Positions 1 through 13,025 of a stretch of DNA of 64,000 nt are shown in pieces. This stretch comes from the human T2T-CHM13v2.0 reference genome, Homo sapiens, in the NCBI RefSeq assembly GCF_009914755.1, contig NC_060926.1; one strand, 5' to 3'. Below the pieces are notes generated by a model, which worked only from the letters and a program-made list of their open reading frames with translations, was not told where the DNA came from and did no database searches. Positions within the stretch are counted from its first letter, which is position 1; each line of letters starts with the position of its first letter. Position numbers and translations under genes: made by a program.

Positions 1-79
1 GACTTCATGTCTTTCCCCTAAGACTAGAAAAATATTAGGTTTTCGTTCATCTCTTCTAAGATTTAATTCATCTCTTCTA

Positions 80-109
80 AGGTAGCATGTCAGGCCTGAC
101 ATGCTACCT
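80..109. repeat. Perfect 30-bp palindrome
   Basis: aggtagcatgtcagg|cctgacatgctacct is its own reverse complement. Confidence 0.95.
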
Positions 110-3100
110 ATGGTCTTCTTCAAGTTATCCTTTTAATTTCTGCTTCTTTACCTTTTTCTTCATATGAAAATGTTTAGGATTGCTTCATACAAAAATGCCA
201 GTATTGTCACTGTACTGGTTCAGTTGTTTATGCATATATTTTATTGCCCATTTTATTTGTATGTACTAGTAGACTTTAATTTTATGTTTCTTGTTAAACC
301 ATCAATACCTTCAGATTACTAAAACATATTCTCTATTTTCGGTGTAATTACCCTCCATCCTCCCCCAGCACACACACCGTCTAGAATGGTTCTCTGCCCA
401 GCGTCGATCCCGGAAGATGTAGCTGCCTGACCTTATCTAAGAGTAATGTGCCGTTGCTGTGTGGGATGCATGAGTATGAGTTTACATGCGTGTTTGTGGA
501 TGGTGACTGCCTCCAAGGGCAACACCTAAAGCAGGACAGAATCAATATTCAGCAGAGTCATTTCTTTGGCAGCTGAAATGAACCTGAAGGAATCTTGCTG
601 TCACCAATACATTCTTGAACGCCTGCAACTGTAAATTCACCCACCCACCTGAACACGCTCAAGGGAAATAATTTTCTCAGCTTTGGAATGCATCCCCCTC
701 ACAGTGGGTCAGATAAAAAGCCTCGAAGCAGTAACCGATGAGTAATGAGAGACTGAGAGAGTTGAGTCCAAGTGATATTTGCGGGAAGCTTCATTAGTCA
801 GGGTGTAATGACAGGATTGAGGCTTAAGTGCTGCTCTTGAATATTCACCTTCTGCTACTTCATATATCCTTCCTCTGTCTTGTCATCAAAAGACAATAAA
901 TTCCTTTTATTTGAGGGGCTAGAGAATGGGATGCTTTGGTTCATGCAATATTCTGGTTCCTGAGTACCGTCCCAATAGTTTAATAGTTAATTCTCATTAG
1001 CAATCGTTCTGCATTTTACTGGAAGGCTTTGGAAATAGTTATCTGGATGAATCAAGGATATTCAAGGTCTTGCAATGACAGGGGCATCATCAGGAAATTT
1101 CCATGCAAAGTACTGCACATACAAAAAACAAGCTAAAACTGTTCTGACCATAACACATACCTTAGATGTTGTTGATTTGGAAATAAACCTTATTTCCATT
1201 ATTTCCATTGTCCATGTCACCCACAAAAATGAACCATGAATTAATTTTTTTCTATGCCATTTAGTTGATGTTTCTTTTTCTATGCCATTTAGTTGCTCGG
1301 TAGTAAAAAAACAGAGTTTATTCTCTATTAAGCAGTTTTCTGTGACAATAATGAGCCTATCATTGCATTTTAATTTTCAATTGAAGTGTTCTCATCAAAG
1401 AAGCAGGCTGTTGTCCAAAATGAGAAATTGCTGACCCTTTCTGGGCTTCTCTCCACTGGAAGTAGGCCCCTCCAAACATGGACACAGCTCAACCCCACTT
1501 AGTTCCTCAGAGCAGATGAGGTCATATCCTGGTGCCGTGGCGCTCTGCTCTGTACAGTCCCAATAATCTGACCATTGCTTGTGTGAAAAGTAATGCTCAG
1601 AATTTTAGATTGTACAGCTAGCTAACAGAGGAGGGTACTGTCTGTGTGGGGAACACTACATGATTCATATTTACTTTGAAAAATTAGAGTCATATTTCTC
1701 TGGTGTGTCAACAGTGATGACTGAAAGCAGATTGCAGATTCTTTGTACTAAACTAGAGGGAAAAAGTTGAGAGAGAGAGTGCACAGGACAGCAAATGAGA
1801 CTTCTCTTCAAGCAGAGAGGACTATATTCCTAGCAAATATACCTAAATCAAGTGCATAGTCCTTGGAATGTAATAGTGTAAACTCATGATGTGAGAGAGG
1901 CCATAGTAAGAGGAAAATGTGAACAGAAATAATTATTCTTGGCTAGCTAGGAACAGAAATGAACTGACGGCATTGAGGACATCTGAATGTTTGTGTGAGG
2001 CAAGAAAACAAGGACACACATTGAGAGAACAGTCAGGAAGAGGAAGATACTGTTCCCGAAATAATTTGGTGCTGGGACTTCAGTGCTATACTAAGACTCT
2101 CTTGTCTTCTCTTTCCTTCCTCTGTTGTCATACTGCTTTGATCCCAGCAGCATCTCTTCAAAGATGCAAGACCTAGTTTATCCCTCTGCCAAACATATAT
2201 TACACCTGCCAAAATCAGACGTGAGAATATGAACCCTATCTTCAAAACAGTTTCTCTATATTTGTTAAAAATACCTGATTCTACAGTCCTCCAAGGGAGG
2301 TGGGTGGTGGGTGGTAGGTGGCCGGTGGCCGTCATTCTCTAAAGAAAAGAGAAGCTTGGGGAGGATGTTGTAAGAAGGAAGGAAAGTGATCCATCCTCTT
2401 CCTCTTTAGGAAAATAGCTCTGTAGATGATCTCACATCTCACTGATTCCCATAGTGTAGGGCCCTCATGGTCACCTGATAATTCCTTCAGGCACCGAATC
2501 ACACACTTCACTCCCTTGCTGACCTTGTCTTCCTACCAGGCTCCTGGAAGCTTCAATAGATGTGTCTCCCAGTCCCCACCTCATCAGTGATTTGCCCTCA
2601 AACCAAGGCTAGGACAGAATCTAGGGGCATTCCAGGGAAACAAGATCCACTCAATCCTGCATCAAGAAGCACATGTTAGGAGAAAGAGAGATTAACTATT
2701 CCTTCTGGAGCTACACAGAATTCCAGTCATTCCATGGAGAACTACAAGATGCATTAAGCTGCTGCTGCCCCACTCCTAGACAATGTGCACTTTCTCTAAG
2801 AAGACACATCTAGCTCTCCAAAAATGGCCCAATATGTGCAATCAGAATCTCAGCGGAGAGGCTACAGAACTGAGAGAATGGATGAGGCTGATTGTAGAAG
2901 TTGCAACTAGGGTGGTGAATTTGGGGGCACTATATATAGCACTAATTTCTACGAATTGAATCAAATGCAATTTTCCATGCTGAGGCCTGTTATTTAAAAA
3001 AGAAAAAGCATGAATGGATGACTGGATGCCCCAGCGCATCAGTAGCAGAGCTGTTCTTACTGAAACCATGAAATACTCTATTAAATGAAGTTAGAGAGAA

Positions 3101-4904
3101 TATCCAGCAAGGTTCCTCCATTGCTTTTCAGGAAGCATTACAAAATGGCAGGGGTGGGAGTCATTCCAAATTATAGAATATCAGGCTGACAGCCCTAGCA
3201 TCATGGGCTCACAAAGACCTCATTGAATGTGACAGTCTGGAAATCTAGGTGGCATAATGAGGCACATAAGCAGTATTTTCAAGGGTGCTAGCAGCTATTT
3301 CATAGCTCTTTTCCCCCAAAGGCATGTAAGCTTCCCAAAATCATCTGTCTATTTTCATATATTTTCTTTTTCTTCATTGTTCTTCCCCCTATATCTAATG
3401 TACTGACATACAGTGAGTTGTGCCAGATTTCAAATATATACATCCCTTCAGGAAATAAAAGATACTCAGACTTCTTGACCATTTGAATTAAAAGTGAACA
3501 ACTTGCTAGAGGATATATGATCACAATAGTTGTTTTCTAAAGATAGTCTCATGTAAGATTTCTGGCTTGCTTTATTCAGGAATTGTATTCTGTTTGAAAT
3601 CATCAACGTTGTCTTGCATCAACATTTTAAAATTCTTTTAATTAAAATAACAAATCATCAAGGTTTATATATGACAACTACCTATGATATTTATTATTTT
3701 AGAGATGGGCAATATAGAATGAGATTGACATTATAAATAACAAGGATGGTGTGGACTGGACTGGGATTATATAATTGAGGTGTCCCAGTTTTCTGCAGAG
3801 GCTGATCTCAATTATACATGGAATGAAGTATCTGGATTTACAGTTTCCATGATGCACATTTAGGAAAACATTATAGCTTAAATGTAGAAAACTTTATGTA
3901 CAGATATGCAATGTATAAGGAACAGATAAGCCGTGAAGTTAACCTTTTTATTTTATAGACAATCTTTCAAGCATATTTAACCATACAGTTTTGGTGTTCA
4001 ATGAATGAGTTTCACTTGTAACATGATACTACATGAGACTGTAACTATCATTATTTTTTCCAAATAAAGCCTTTACTCATCTAAGCAACCACGGTGGAGC
4101 AACCACACAGCCATTTTCAACTACCACGAGAGCTGGTAGTTGAAACAGACCCATGCTCCATCTGGCATTCTATGTATTCCCATACTTTGTGGGGGGAAAA
4201 GCAAGACTTAGTACAATTTCGAATTTGTAGATCTGAGTCGATGATCCATTTCCTGACCTTTTCAGCAGCAAGTCCTCAGAAATATTTCAGTATTTTCAGC
4301 TATGAAATTTTCAGCTATGAATATTTCAGCCCTTTCTCGTGGAGTTCTGGCTATGAGTATCTTTCTGAGAGATGTCTGATTTATTGAATTTCTTCCTCTC
4401 CTCTTTTTCTTCTTTCTCTTTTCTTCCTGTTCTGGCTCTCTCACTTTCTCTTTCATTCATGTTGGTACCAATATTCCTGAGGGTGGCAAGCAGTTCACTA
4501 TGGGAGACAGTCACTAATCTCTGGCCCAGAAAAGGGGACTTCCATGAGTGTGTGTGGATAGGCAAGACAGGAGAACAAAAGAATGACAGGAAATGTTTCC
4601 TCAGAAAGTCCTGCTAACCTTTGACCCCTAGCTCAGCTTAACCGCATTGCTCTGCTCACCTGAAGTTCTAATGGAATCTGTTTTCACTACCTAAGGCACT
4701 GTCTCTGTTAAGTCTTCCTGAGTACTTCCTAGAAAAGGTCAAATGCAAACAATGATATTTTACAGGAATATTGCACCTTCTAGCCTGTCACCTGGAGTGT
4801 AAGAGACACAGTCACAATTGCAATGCACATAATGTCTCACATTAGCCATACAGGAATTATTTTAGGGATAAAATTCTTCCTCCTCCTCCTCATCATCATC
4901 ATTG

Positions 4905-5110
4905 CTAGAACTTTACTATGCTATGTTTACTGTGTCCTTGGTAGAGTGCTAAGCACATACCCTCATAATGTTGATTTAATTCATCAACATTATGAGATAG
5001 GGAGTATCAAGCTTCCCATACTGCAGCTAGGGAAGTCAATATTCCCCGAGGTCATACAGCTAGAAAAGATGAAGGCAGAGTGCAATCCTGGCAATTTGAC
5101 TCCAGATCAG
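4905..5110 (-). mobile_element. MIR SINE fragment
   Basis: Antisense MIR-like core (tatgagatagg...cccatactgcagctagggaa...gaggtcatacagctag...tgactccaga); diverged. Confidence 0.65.
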
Positions 5111-5616
5111 CACCGTAAACCACCCACCATGATCGCAACAACAATGGACTTCTCTTTCATGCAGAACAAACATCTTGCTCACTTCCCATTTCTAATTGAC
5201 TACAGCAATTGCAATTCTTGCTGAACCATTCTCAGCGTGTTTGAGTTACTTGAGGCATCTGACTGTAGGCTCTACCTATACCCTGATGCCAACTCTACTC
5301 TCATTTCTTGCTTTGCTGTTTTCTTGTAAAGCCTGTTCTTTGAGTCACCCTTTCTTCGAGTTTTGCCTGCCTCTCTGGCCCTGAGAAGTCACTTAAGTTT
5401 TGCTTTACCTGCTTTCTTCGAATGAAACCTTCTTTCTTGTAGCTCTTTTGTCTCTGCTTGCCCTCTCCTTCACCTCAGTCCTCCCTTTCTTTCCCTTTTA
5501 ACCAGCCCAAGGCTTCCTCCACAGGAACATTAAAGGCTGGGAAAACATTTTACAAATTATAGAATATTGGAAGAATGTTAATTATTCATAAGAATTAAAA
5601 TACCATTATTCTGTAA

Positions 5617-5820
5617 AGCAATCTAGTGTGGAGTGAAATGAGCATGTATATTGCCATCAACCTGAACTAACTTTAAATTCTGGTATCACCACTGCCTCGA
5701 TGCTTGTACTAGTGTGTATATAACCCAAGGATGTGAGTCAAGCTTTCTGAGCATCAGTTTTTTTTATGTTTAAAAGAAGGATAATAATGCTTACTTTACA
5801 ACATGGTTGTGTTAGATTAG
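5617..5820 (+). mobile_element. MIR SINE fragment
   Basis: MIR core tctgagcatcagttt...aaaagaaggataataatgcttactttacaacatggttgtg. Confidence 0.6.
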
Positions 5821-5876
5821 GCATCTGATGTTAGTAATAACCAATGTTTAGTAGTGCAACTAAGAGTCTGGCACTG

Positions 5877-6065
5877 TGCTATGGACTGAATTGTGTCCCC
5901 TCTCCCCAACACCAAATTCATCTGTTGAAGCCCTAAACTCCCATGTAACTGTATTTGGAGATAAGGCCTTTGAAGAGATAATGAAGGTCAAATGAGGTCA
6001 TGAGGGTAAAGTCCTGATCTGATAGGATTAGTGTCCTCATAAGAAGAGAGCTGTGTCTGTCTCTT

Positions 6066-6126
<61 letters not shown>

Positions 6127-6385
6127 CAGAGAGAGAGAAGAAAGAGGCCATGAGAAGATACAGGGAGAAGTCAGCCATCAGCAAGCCAGTTCTGGAGGCT
6201 AGGAAGTCCAAGGTCAAAGGACTTCTGGAAACAATTCAGTTTCCAGAGCCCTTACTGGATATTGAATTGGCCAGCACTTTGATCTTGGATTTCCCAGCCT
6301 CCAGAACTGTAAGAAAATAAATTTCTGTTGTTTAAACCACCTAGTCTATGGTATTTTGCTATGGCAGTGTGAGCAGATTAATGCA
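5877..6385 (+). mobile_element. MaLR solo LTR, MLT1A-type
   Basis: TG...CA ends; tgctatggactgaattgtgtcccc start; cagcctccagaactgtaagaaaataaatttctgttgtttaaaccacc 3' motif. Confidence 0.85.
6055..6140. repeat. Compound (CT)n(CA)n(GA)n microsatellite inside the LTR
   Basis: Directly visible dinucleotide runs. Confidence 0.95.
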
Positions 6386-6389
6386 ACCC

Positions 6390-6560
6390 TTAAGTGTGTT
6401 ACTTTCTATACGGATAGAAGGTAGGACCTGTAATTATTTTTACTTACAGAAGAGAACATTGAACTTCAGAGTGACTAAATAACATATTTAAAGTCCCATG
6501 CAGTGGCACACCTGGGACTCAAGCTTAGAGCTGTCCAGCTCCAAATAAGGTTCTTTATCA
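6390..6560 (-). mobile_element. MIR fragment, continuation of a MIR interrupted by the MLT1 LTR
   Basis: ttacagaagagaacattgaacttcagagtgactaaataac resembles antisense MIR core; upstream piece ends ctggcactg before 5877. Confidence 0.55.
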
Positions 6561-6686
6561 CTATGTCCCTTTGCATCCTTTAGCAATAAAATACACAAGT
6601 GGCCTGAGCAGTTCTGAGAAGATGTCACCTTTCCCCATAATATTTGGTCCAGATGTGTCCACTGGCCTTTTATCAGAATCAGGGCT

Positions 6687-7013
<327 letters not shown>

Positions 7014-7810
7014 TTAACCAATGCAACCTCAAGCCTTCCCATAAGAAATCCTTACCTCTTCTTGAGTTCTCTATCCAAATGTTAGGTGTGCTGAAAGTAT
7101 TCATTGAGATTATAAGAAATGTTGTTTTTTACTTAAGAATACTTTAAGAGATATTCATAACAAGTAAAATTGCTAATGGTTTCTCTAAATGTTTACAAGG
7201 TTTTCCTAGGAAATGTGTGGCAAAAATATTATTTACTACTATTATTTTTTGACACAGTTTTTTTTCCAGCTATAATTTTATACTGTGGCTAATTAATCTG
7301 CCAACTAGTGATTTATAATGTAATTTAACTGAATGTCAGACATTGTTCAGATTGGCTGGTACTCTTTAAAAGAACTGTTCTCATCAGATAACTCAGAGCA
7401 CCAGCTCTCAATCAATATTGCACAGTACACATAATTTTTAAAAAGAAAATAACATCACATCTATATTATAAATAAAGAAAATAAATTTACAATAATATAG
7501 TATTTCAATGTGGTTTAAATAGAAAATAAAATGAAACAGATATTTTCTTCTCTATGTAGAATTTGAATTTAACAGGCACAGATTGCTAAATAGAAGGTCA
7601 AGTATCATAGGAAGATTACCATCAATGACGAAATTTTCTAAAATGGTAAAAAGCTCTTAATAAAGTTCCAGAATAAAACAAACAAACAAATAAACAAACA
7701 AAAAACAGTAAAACTATAAAATAGTTCATTCCTTAATAAGGAGATAGGGATAAATTTGCTCCTATCCTCTGCTCAGGTTCCCTCTCTGCGGAAGCTGGTC
7801 TGAAGTTTTT

Positions 7811-8114
7811 GCTTTGTTTGTTTTTGTTTTTTTGAGACGGGGTCTCACTCTGTCACCCAGGCTGGAGTGCAGTAGTGCGATCTCAGCTCATTGCAAGCTC
7901 CGTCTCCTGTGTTCACACCATTCGCCTGCCTCAGCCTCCCAAGTAGCTGGGGCTACAGGCGCCCACCACCATGCCCAGCTAATTTTTTGCATTTTTAGTA
8001 CAGAAGGGGTTTCATCTTGTTAGCCAGGATGGTCTCGATCTCCTGACCTCGTGATCTGCCCAGCTTGCCCTCCCAAAGTGCTGGGATTACAGGCATGATC
8101 CACTGCACCCAGAC
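7811..8114 (-). mobile_element. AluY-type, inserted in the tail of the adjacent AluJ
   Basis: Y diagnostics gcaagctcc, ttcacaccatt, gttagccaggatggtctcgatc; tgcttt on both sides. Confidence 0.9.
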
Positions 8115-8384
8115 TGCTTTTTTTTTTTTTTTTTTTCCACCCAGGCTGGAGTGTAGAGGTGCACTGCAACCTCCCACTCCCAGACTCAAGTGATCTTCTC
8201 ACCTCAGCTTCCCAAATAACTGGGACCACAGATGTGCACCACCATGCCCAGCTAATATATTTTTGGTAGAGATGGGGCTTTGCCATGTTGGCCAGCCTGG
8301 TCTCAAACTCCTGAGCTCAAGTGATCCACCTGCCTCAGCCTCCCAAAGTGCTGGGATTACAGGTGTGAGCCACTATGCCTAGCT
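8115..8384 (-). mobile_element. AluJ-type with right-arm deletions
   Basis: ctcctgagctcaagtgatcc J diagnostic; outer TSD gtctgaagtt at 7798-7807 and 8386-8395. Confidence 0.9.
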
Positions 8385-8937
8385 AGTCTGAAGTTCTTAT
8401 TGCGATGAGAGTTGAAGACATAGATATAAGAGCAAAGCCAGGCAGGCAATTTCATCTAGGGAAATATCAGGGGAAAAGTGGACTGTTCTACTGGGATCAT
8501 GAACCAATAACCAACTAATCAAGAGATTTCTGGAATTGCTGCTGTTGTTTTGGAAGTTCTAGCCATCCACAGGACCCAGAATTGTCCCCAAAGATGTAAA
8601 GCCAGAGAAGACAACTACTTGAAGGTGGTGCGACACTGCACCTGGGACGTGGACACCTAATTGCCTGTGGGCCACTAGAACTATTATTTCCCAGCTGGCT
8701 GTGCAGGTTTACTCTGCTCATTTCATCAGTTTGTGATAATATCACCTGACATTTTATCCACTGTTGGATTTTTTTGTCAGAATTTTATGGATAATCTTCT
8801 TTTGACTTACATTTCAGTTTTCATTTCTGGAAAATTTAAAAAATATTAAAACCACGCAAAATTTTGTGTATATATGTCAGTTTGAGTTACATTCTAAGTT
8901 TAGATAATTTTTGTCTATTTCTGACATGAATATCTGG

Positions 8938-9140
8938 TAGTAATCTCAAAAACTCTGTGGGACCCAGAACAAGTCCTTCTTGCGTGAGACTGTCCCCACG
9001 CATTGCTGGATATGTAGTATCTCTGGCTACTACCCTCTAACTTCCAGCATCTCCCTACTCTTCCACTCCCAACCCCTCATGTTGCCCCTATTAATTAAAA
9101 TTCTCCCTAAAATGCAATCTGTCTTTCTTTAAGAGTCACT
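8938..9140. mobile_element. Possible MER20-like hAT MITE remnant
   Basis: gactgtccccacgcattgctggatatgtagtatctctggc resembles MER20-family sequence; highly diverged. Confidence 0.4.
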
Positions 9141-9449
9141 AATAGAGGTTGAAACATGGGATTTGGAGTTAAGAAGATGTGGATTCTAATTTTAATTTGC
9201 ATGTAGGGGAAATTATTCAAAATTAAGACTGGCTTGGAGTTCAATCCTATACTGAATTCTTAGAAAGTTCCTTGAAACACTTGAACCAAATATAAAGCCT
9301 CTCTTACCTAGAAATTGAATAACTTTTTTCATTTAGTGAATGTTATGACTATCTATTATATCCTAGGGTTTTCAACAGACAATGGCAAAGGTGGAGGTAA
9401 ATAAAATATGACAAAATATATCTTTGCCAATGGGAAGGAGCTGGAATCA

Positions 9450-9654
9450 TAAAATAATTCAGGATACCCAGTTAAATTTGAACTTAGATAATCAATTAAT
9501 AGTTTTTTTTTAAAAGTAAAACTATGACCCATGCATTGGGACATATTTGAATTTTATGGGAACTATCAATGCATGGGAATATTTATAATGAAAAATATTT
9601 GTTTATCTGGAATTCAAATTTAACTGGGTGTTCTGCACCTTGCCTGGTAAATCC
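9450..9654. mobile_element. MER53 palindromic hAT MITE
   Basis: Inverted arms caggatacccagttaaatttgaac / gaattcaaatttaactgggtgttctg match recalled MER53 consensus. Confidence 0.8.
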
Positions 9655-9742
9655 ATGTTAATTACTGGTGTGAGCAGACCAATATATTAGCATGAACCCT
9701 CTCTTTGTCCATGATAAGTTGAAATACTTTGAAAGAATTTAA

Positions 9743-10071
<329 letters not shown>

Positions 10072-10431
10072 TAACATATCCACAAATTTTGAAGCCCAAT
10101 ATACCTTCATATGTAGATGAATGATTATATTTAAGAAATCATCCATCAAAAAATAAGTCAGCTCTCCAGGCAATTGGTAGAAAAACAAGATTTCTACTTC
10201 TAAGAAAATATGTAATTTTATAAAGACACTAATTGTAAAGAATTTAAACTCTGTTTCTGAATCTGGGGACCCAAGGCTAGGCTTCATCATTCCTCTGAAA
10301 TAGTAGGTAATATTGTATGTATCTCCACACTTTTCCAAGGAAGAGGATCATTGCATTTGTCAGATTCTGAGAAATTTTTAAAACACAAAACTTACTAAGA
10401 ATAACTTGACTCAAAACAAAGTTCACACTTC

Positions 10432-10560
10432 AGGATTGATAGAAATGTTTTGTATCTTGATTGTGGTGGTGGTTACATGTATGTATTTATGTACCAAAAG
10501 TCATAGGACCATACCCAAAACTGGTGAATTTTAATCATATCTCAATTAACTTAACAAAAA
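10432..10560 (+). mobile_element. Old L1 (L1MC/L1ME) 3' end fragment
   Basis: gatagaaatgttttgtatcttgattgtggtggtggttacatg motif typical of L1M 3' ends. Confidence 0.7.
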
Positions 10561-11031
10561 TTTAAAAAAATTTATATTAAAAAATCAAAGTTCAAAACAA
10601 CTCAGAGAATAAACCAAGTACTACTTATTATTTTTCCCAAACATATATTTTGCAAGAATTTCACTCCCTCTGTTGAAATTCTTCATTCCAGAGAGAGGTC
10701 ACTTAAGTAATATAACTCCTTGGGAGAACCAGATAACATCATTCAATATGTTCAAAAAGGAGCAGTATTTCCAATACAATTAAAGCATTTTCTCTCCAGA
10801 TTTCCTTTTCTTATCTCTATGCGAAGTGAAATAAATTAGAAAGACAACAGAAACTGATGGACAATTTTATTTTTTAATCATTATGCCACATATGCCCTCT
10901 AAAGTGGCTTTACTTCTGTCCCCAAATATGTTTTTCTTGCCTTGCTAGGAGCAGCATCACTATTGATTTAATCAGCATGATGCCTGGCCTGCCAGGGAGT
11001 TATGCTCTTAGACTAATTGCCATTCACTCCT

Positions 11032-11393
11032 TCCCATGGTCTGAATGTTTGTGTCCCCTCAAAATTCATATATTAAAATCTTAACCACCAAGGGAATGGA
11101 TTAGGAGGTAGGCTCTTTGGGAGGTGATTAGGCCATGAGGGTGGAACCCTCATGAATAGGATTAGTGCCCTTATAAAAGAGACTCCTCTCTCCTTCCATC
11201 AAGTGAGGACAAGTGAGGACACAGCAAAAGGCACCATCTTTGTATGAGAAAACAGGCCCTCGCCAGACACTGAATCTGCCAGTGCCTTGACCTTGGGTCC
11301 TCCAGCCTTCAGAATGTTGAAAAACAAATTTTTGTTGTTCATATGCTACCCGGTCTATGATATTTTGTTATAGTGCTCCAATGGACTAAGCCA
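11032..11393 (+). mobile_element. MaLR solo LTR, MLT1A0-type
   Basis: atggtctgaatgtttgtgtcccctcaaaattcat...ggactaagcca; near-TSD ctcct/ctctt. Confidence 0.85.
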
Positions 11394-12806
11394 CTCTTAT
11401 ATACTCCAATAATAAAAATTATCTCTAGTAAAAATCCTATTGTCCTAGTCACCTTTTATTAATTTTATTCATCTGAAAAATGGAACTAATATTGCCTGTT
11501 TGCAAGTTACTGTGCTAATTAATTTAAAAGGGCTTTATAAATTCTAAGGAACTCTATCAACTGAAAGTGCGGAAGCTAAAAGGCAAGAATAAGTCAGATG
11601 CCTAATAATCATAAAAAAGAACAAACCTTCACTACATATGAATCACCGTATACATTATCTCATTTGATCTTCAGACAACTCTGCTGCATCATTGTTATTA
11701 TTATTCCCAATAGAAAAATACAAAAAAAGTAGATTGATTGTACCCAGATCATGTTCTTTGGTAAAGACAATGAGGTAAATCCATTTCTGACACGTCCACT
11801 CTAAAGAGGGTAGTGGGAATAGCTGAGAGGGCAAGATCTACAACACATTCTGCCCTTTATGCATTTGCACTCTGACTTTTACAAGACATCTCATCAAAGG
11901 CATGTGTTCAGATACTAGTATTCATCATACAAAGAATTTGGGTTCTCTTTCTCACTATCTCTCTGCACACATGCACACACACTTGTACACACACATATAT
12001 AATGCACATATATCTCATATATTGTATATATGTTTTATATATATATATATGTAGGCACTGCTACATAAAGTTTTAGCTTCATTTTACTTCTAGGAAAGCT
12101 GTGAAAATTCTTCAAAAAAAATTGCATAAGTGAAAATGACAAATAGAAAAATAACATAGTTCACATCTGAAAATCAAATTAATGCCTTTTTATTAATATT
12201 TATATTATGTGATACTGGGAAACCATTACTTTGTTTTGATCATCTGAATTATGTCTGTCTGAAACAAGTTCGTATGTTAAAACATTCTTTGGTGAATAGA
12301 TAAATTCCTCAGGGTCTTCTGGCATTTGCAGCTCTGGAAAAAAATCATTCTGTGCTGAGAATCGTTACTTAGTATTTATATGTTCCTTTTTCTCACATTT
12401 GCAAAATATAATTTATGATCGCTTTCTAAGATAAAGAAGAGTTAATTGCATATTGACAAGGTGTCTTCAAGAGAGGTCCTGAATTCCTCAGTTCTTTCTC
12501 AATCATAATCACCATCTACTTCTGATAACTGCAAAATAGCTGTTTATTGTAGTCCTTATATTTTACATTTTTCATTATCATTCACTGTGACAAGAAAAAA
12601 TAAGTAGTATCACTTTGCGTAGGGTTTTGGGGCTTATGTGGGGTGGAGAGAGAGATATCTTAGTCATAGAGTTCACATAACCCTTTTGGGAAGACAGATT
12701 TTCCACATTCATGATCAATGATAATCCAGGTAATCAATTAACCTGCAGGAACTAAAGGACATCAGTGTTCATGGGGGCCAGAGGATAGTTAGGCATTGAT
12801 ACTTGA

Positions 12807-13025
12807 GTAATAACAGAGAAGATATTTAACACTTACTATGTTCCAAACACTTTATGTGTACTTTCTTACTTAGTCCTCATTATAGTCTACTAGAAAGGAC
12901 TCCTTTTTTTACAGATAAGCAAACTGAGGCACAGAAAGGTTAAGAAACTTGCTCAAGATCACCTAGTCAGTAAGTTGGAATTTAAACCCACCAAGCAATC
13001 TAACTCCAAAATCTCTACTTATAGT
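12807..13025 (-). mobile_element. MIR SINE
   Basis: ttttacagataagcaaactgaggcacagaaaggttaagaaacttgctcaagatcac core. Confidence 0.85.

Noticed and set aside
11200-11221. caagtgagga repeated twice in an MLT1A0 LTR
   Set aside because: Trivial 10-bp slippage duplication.
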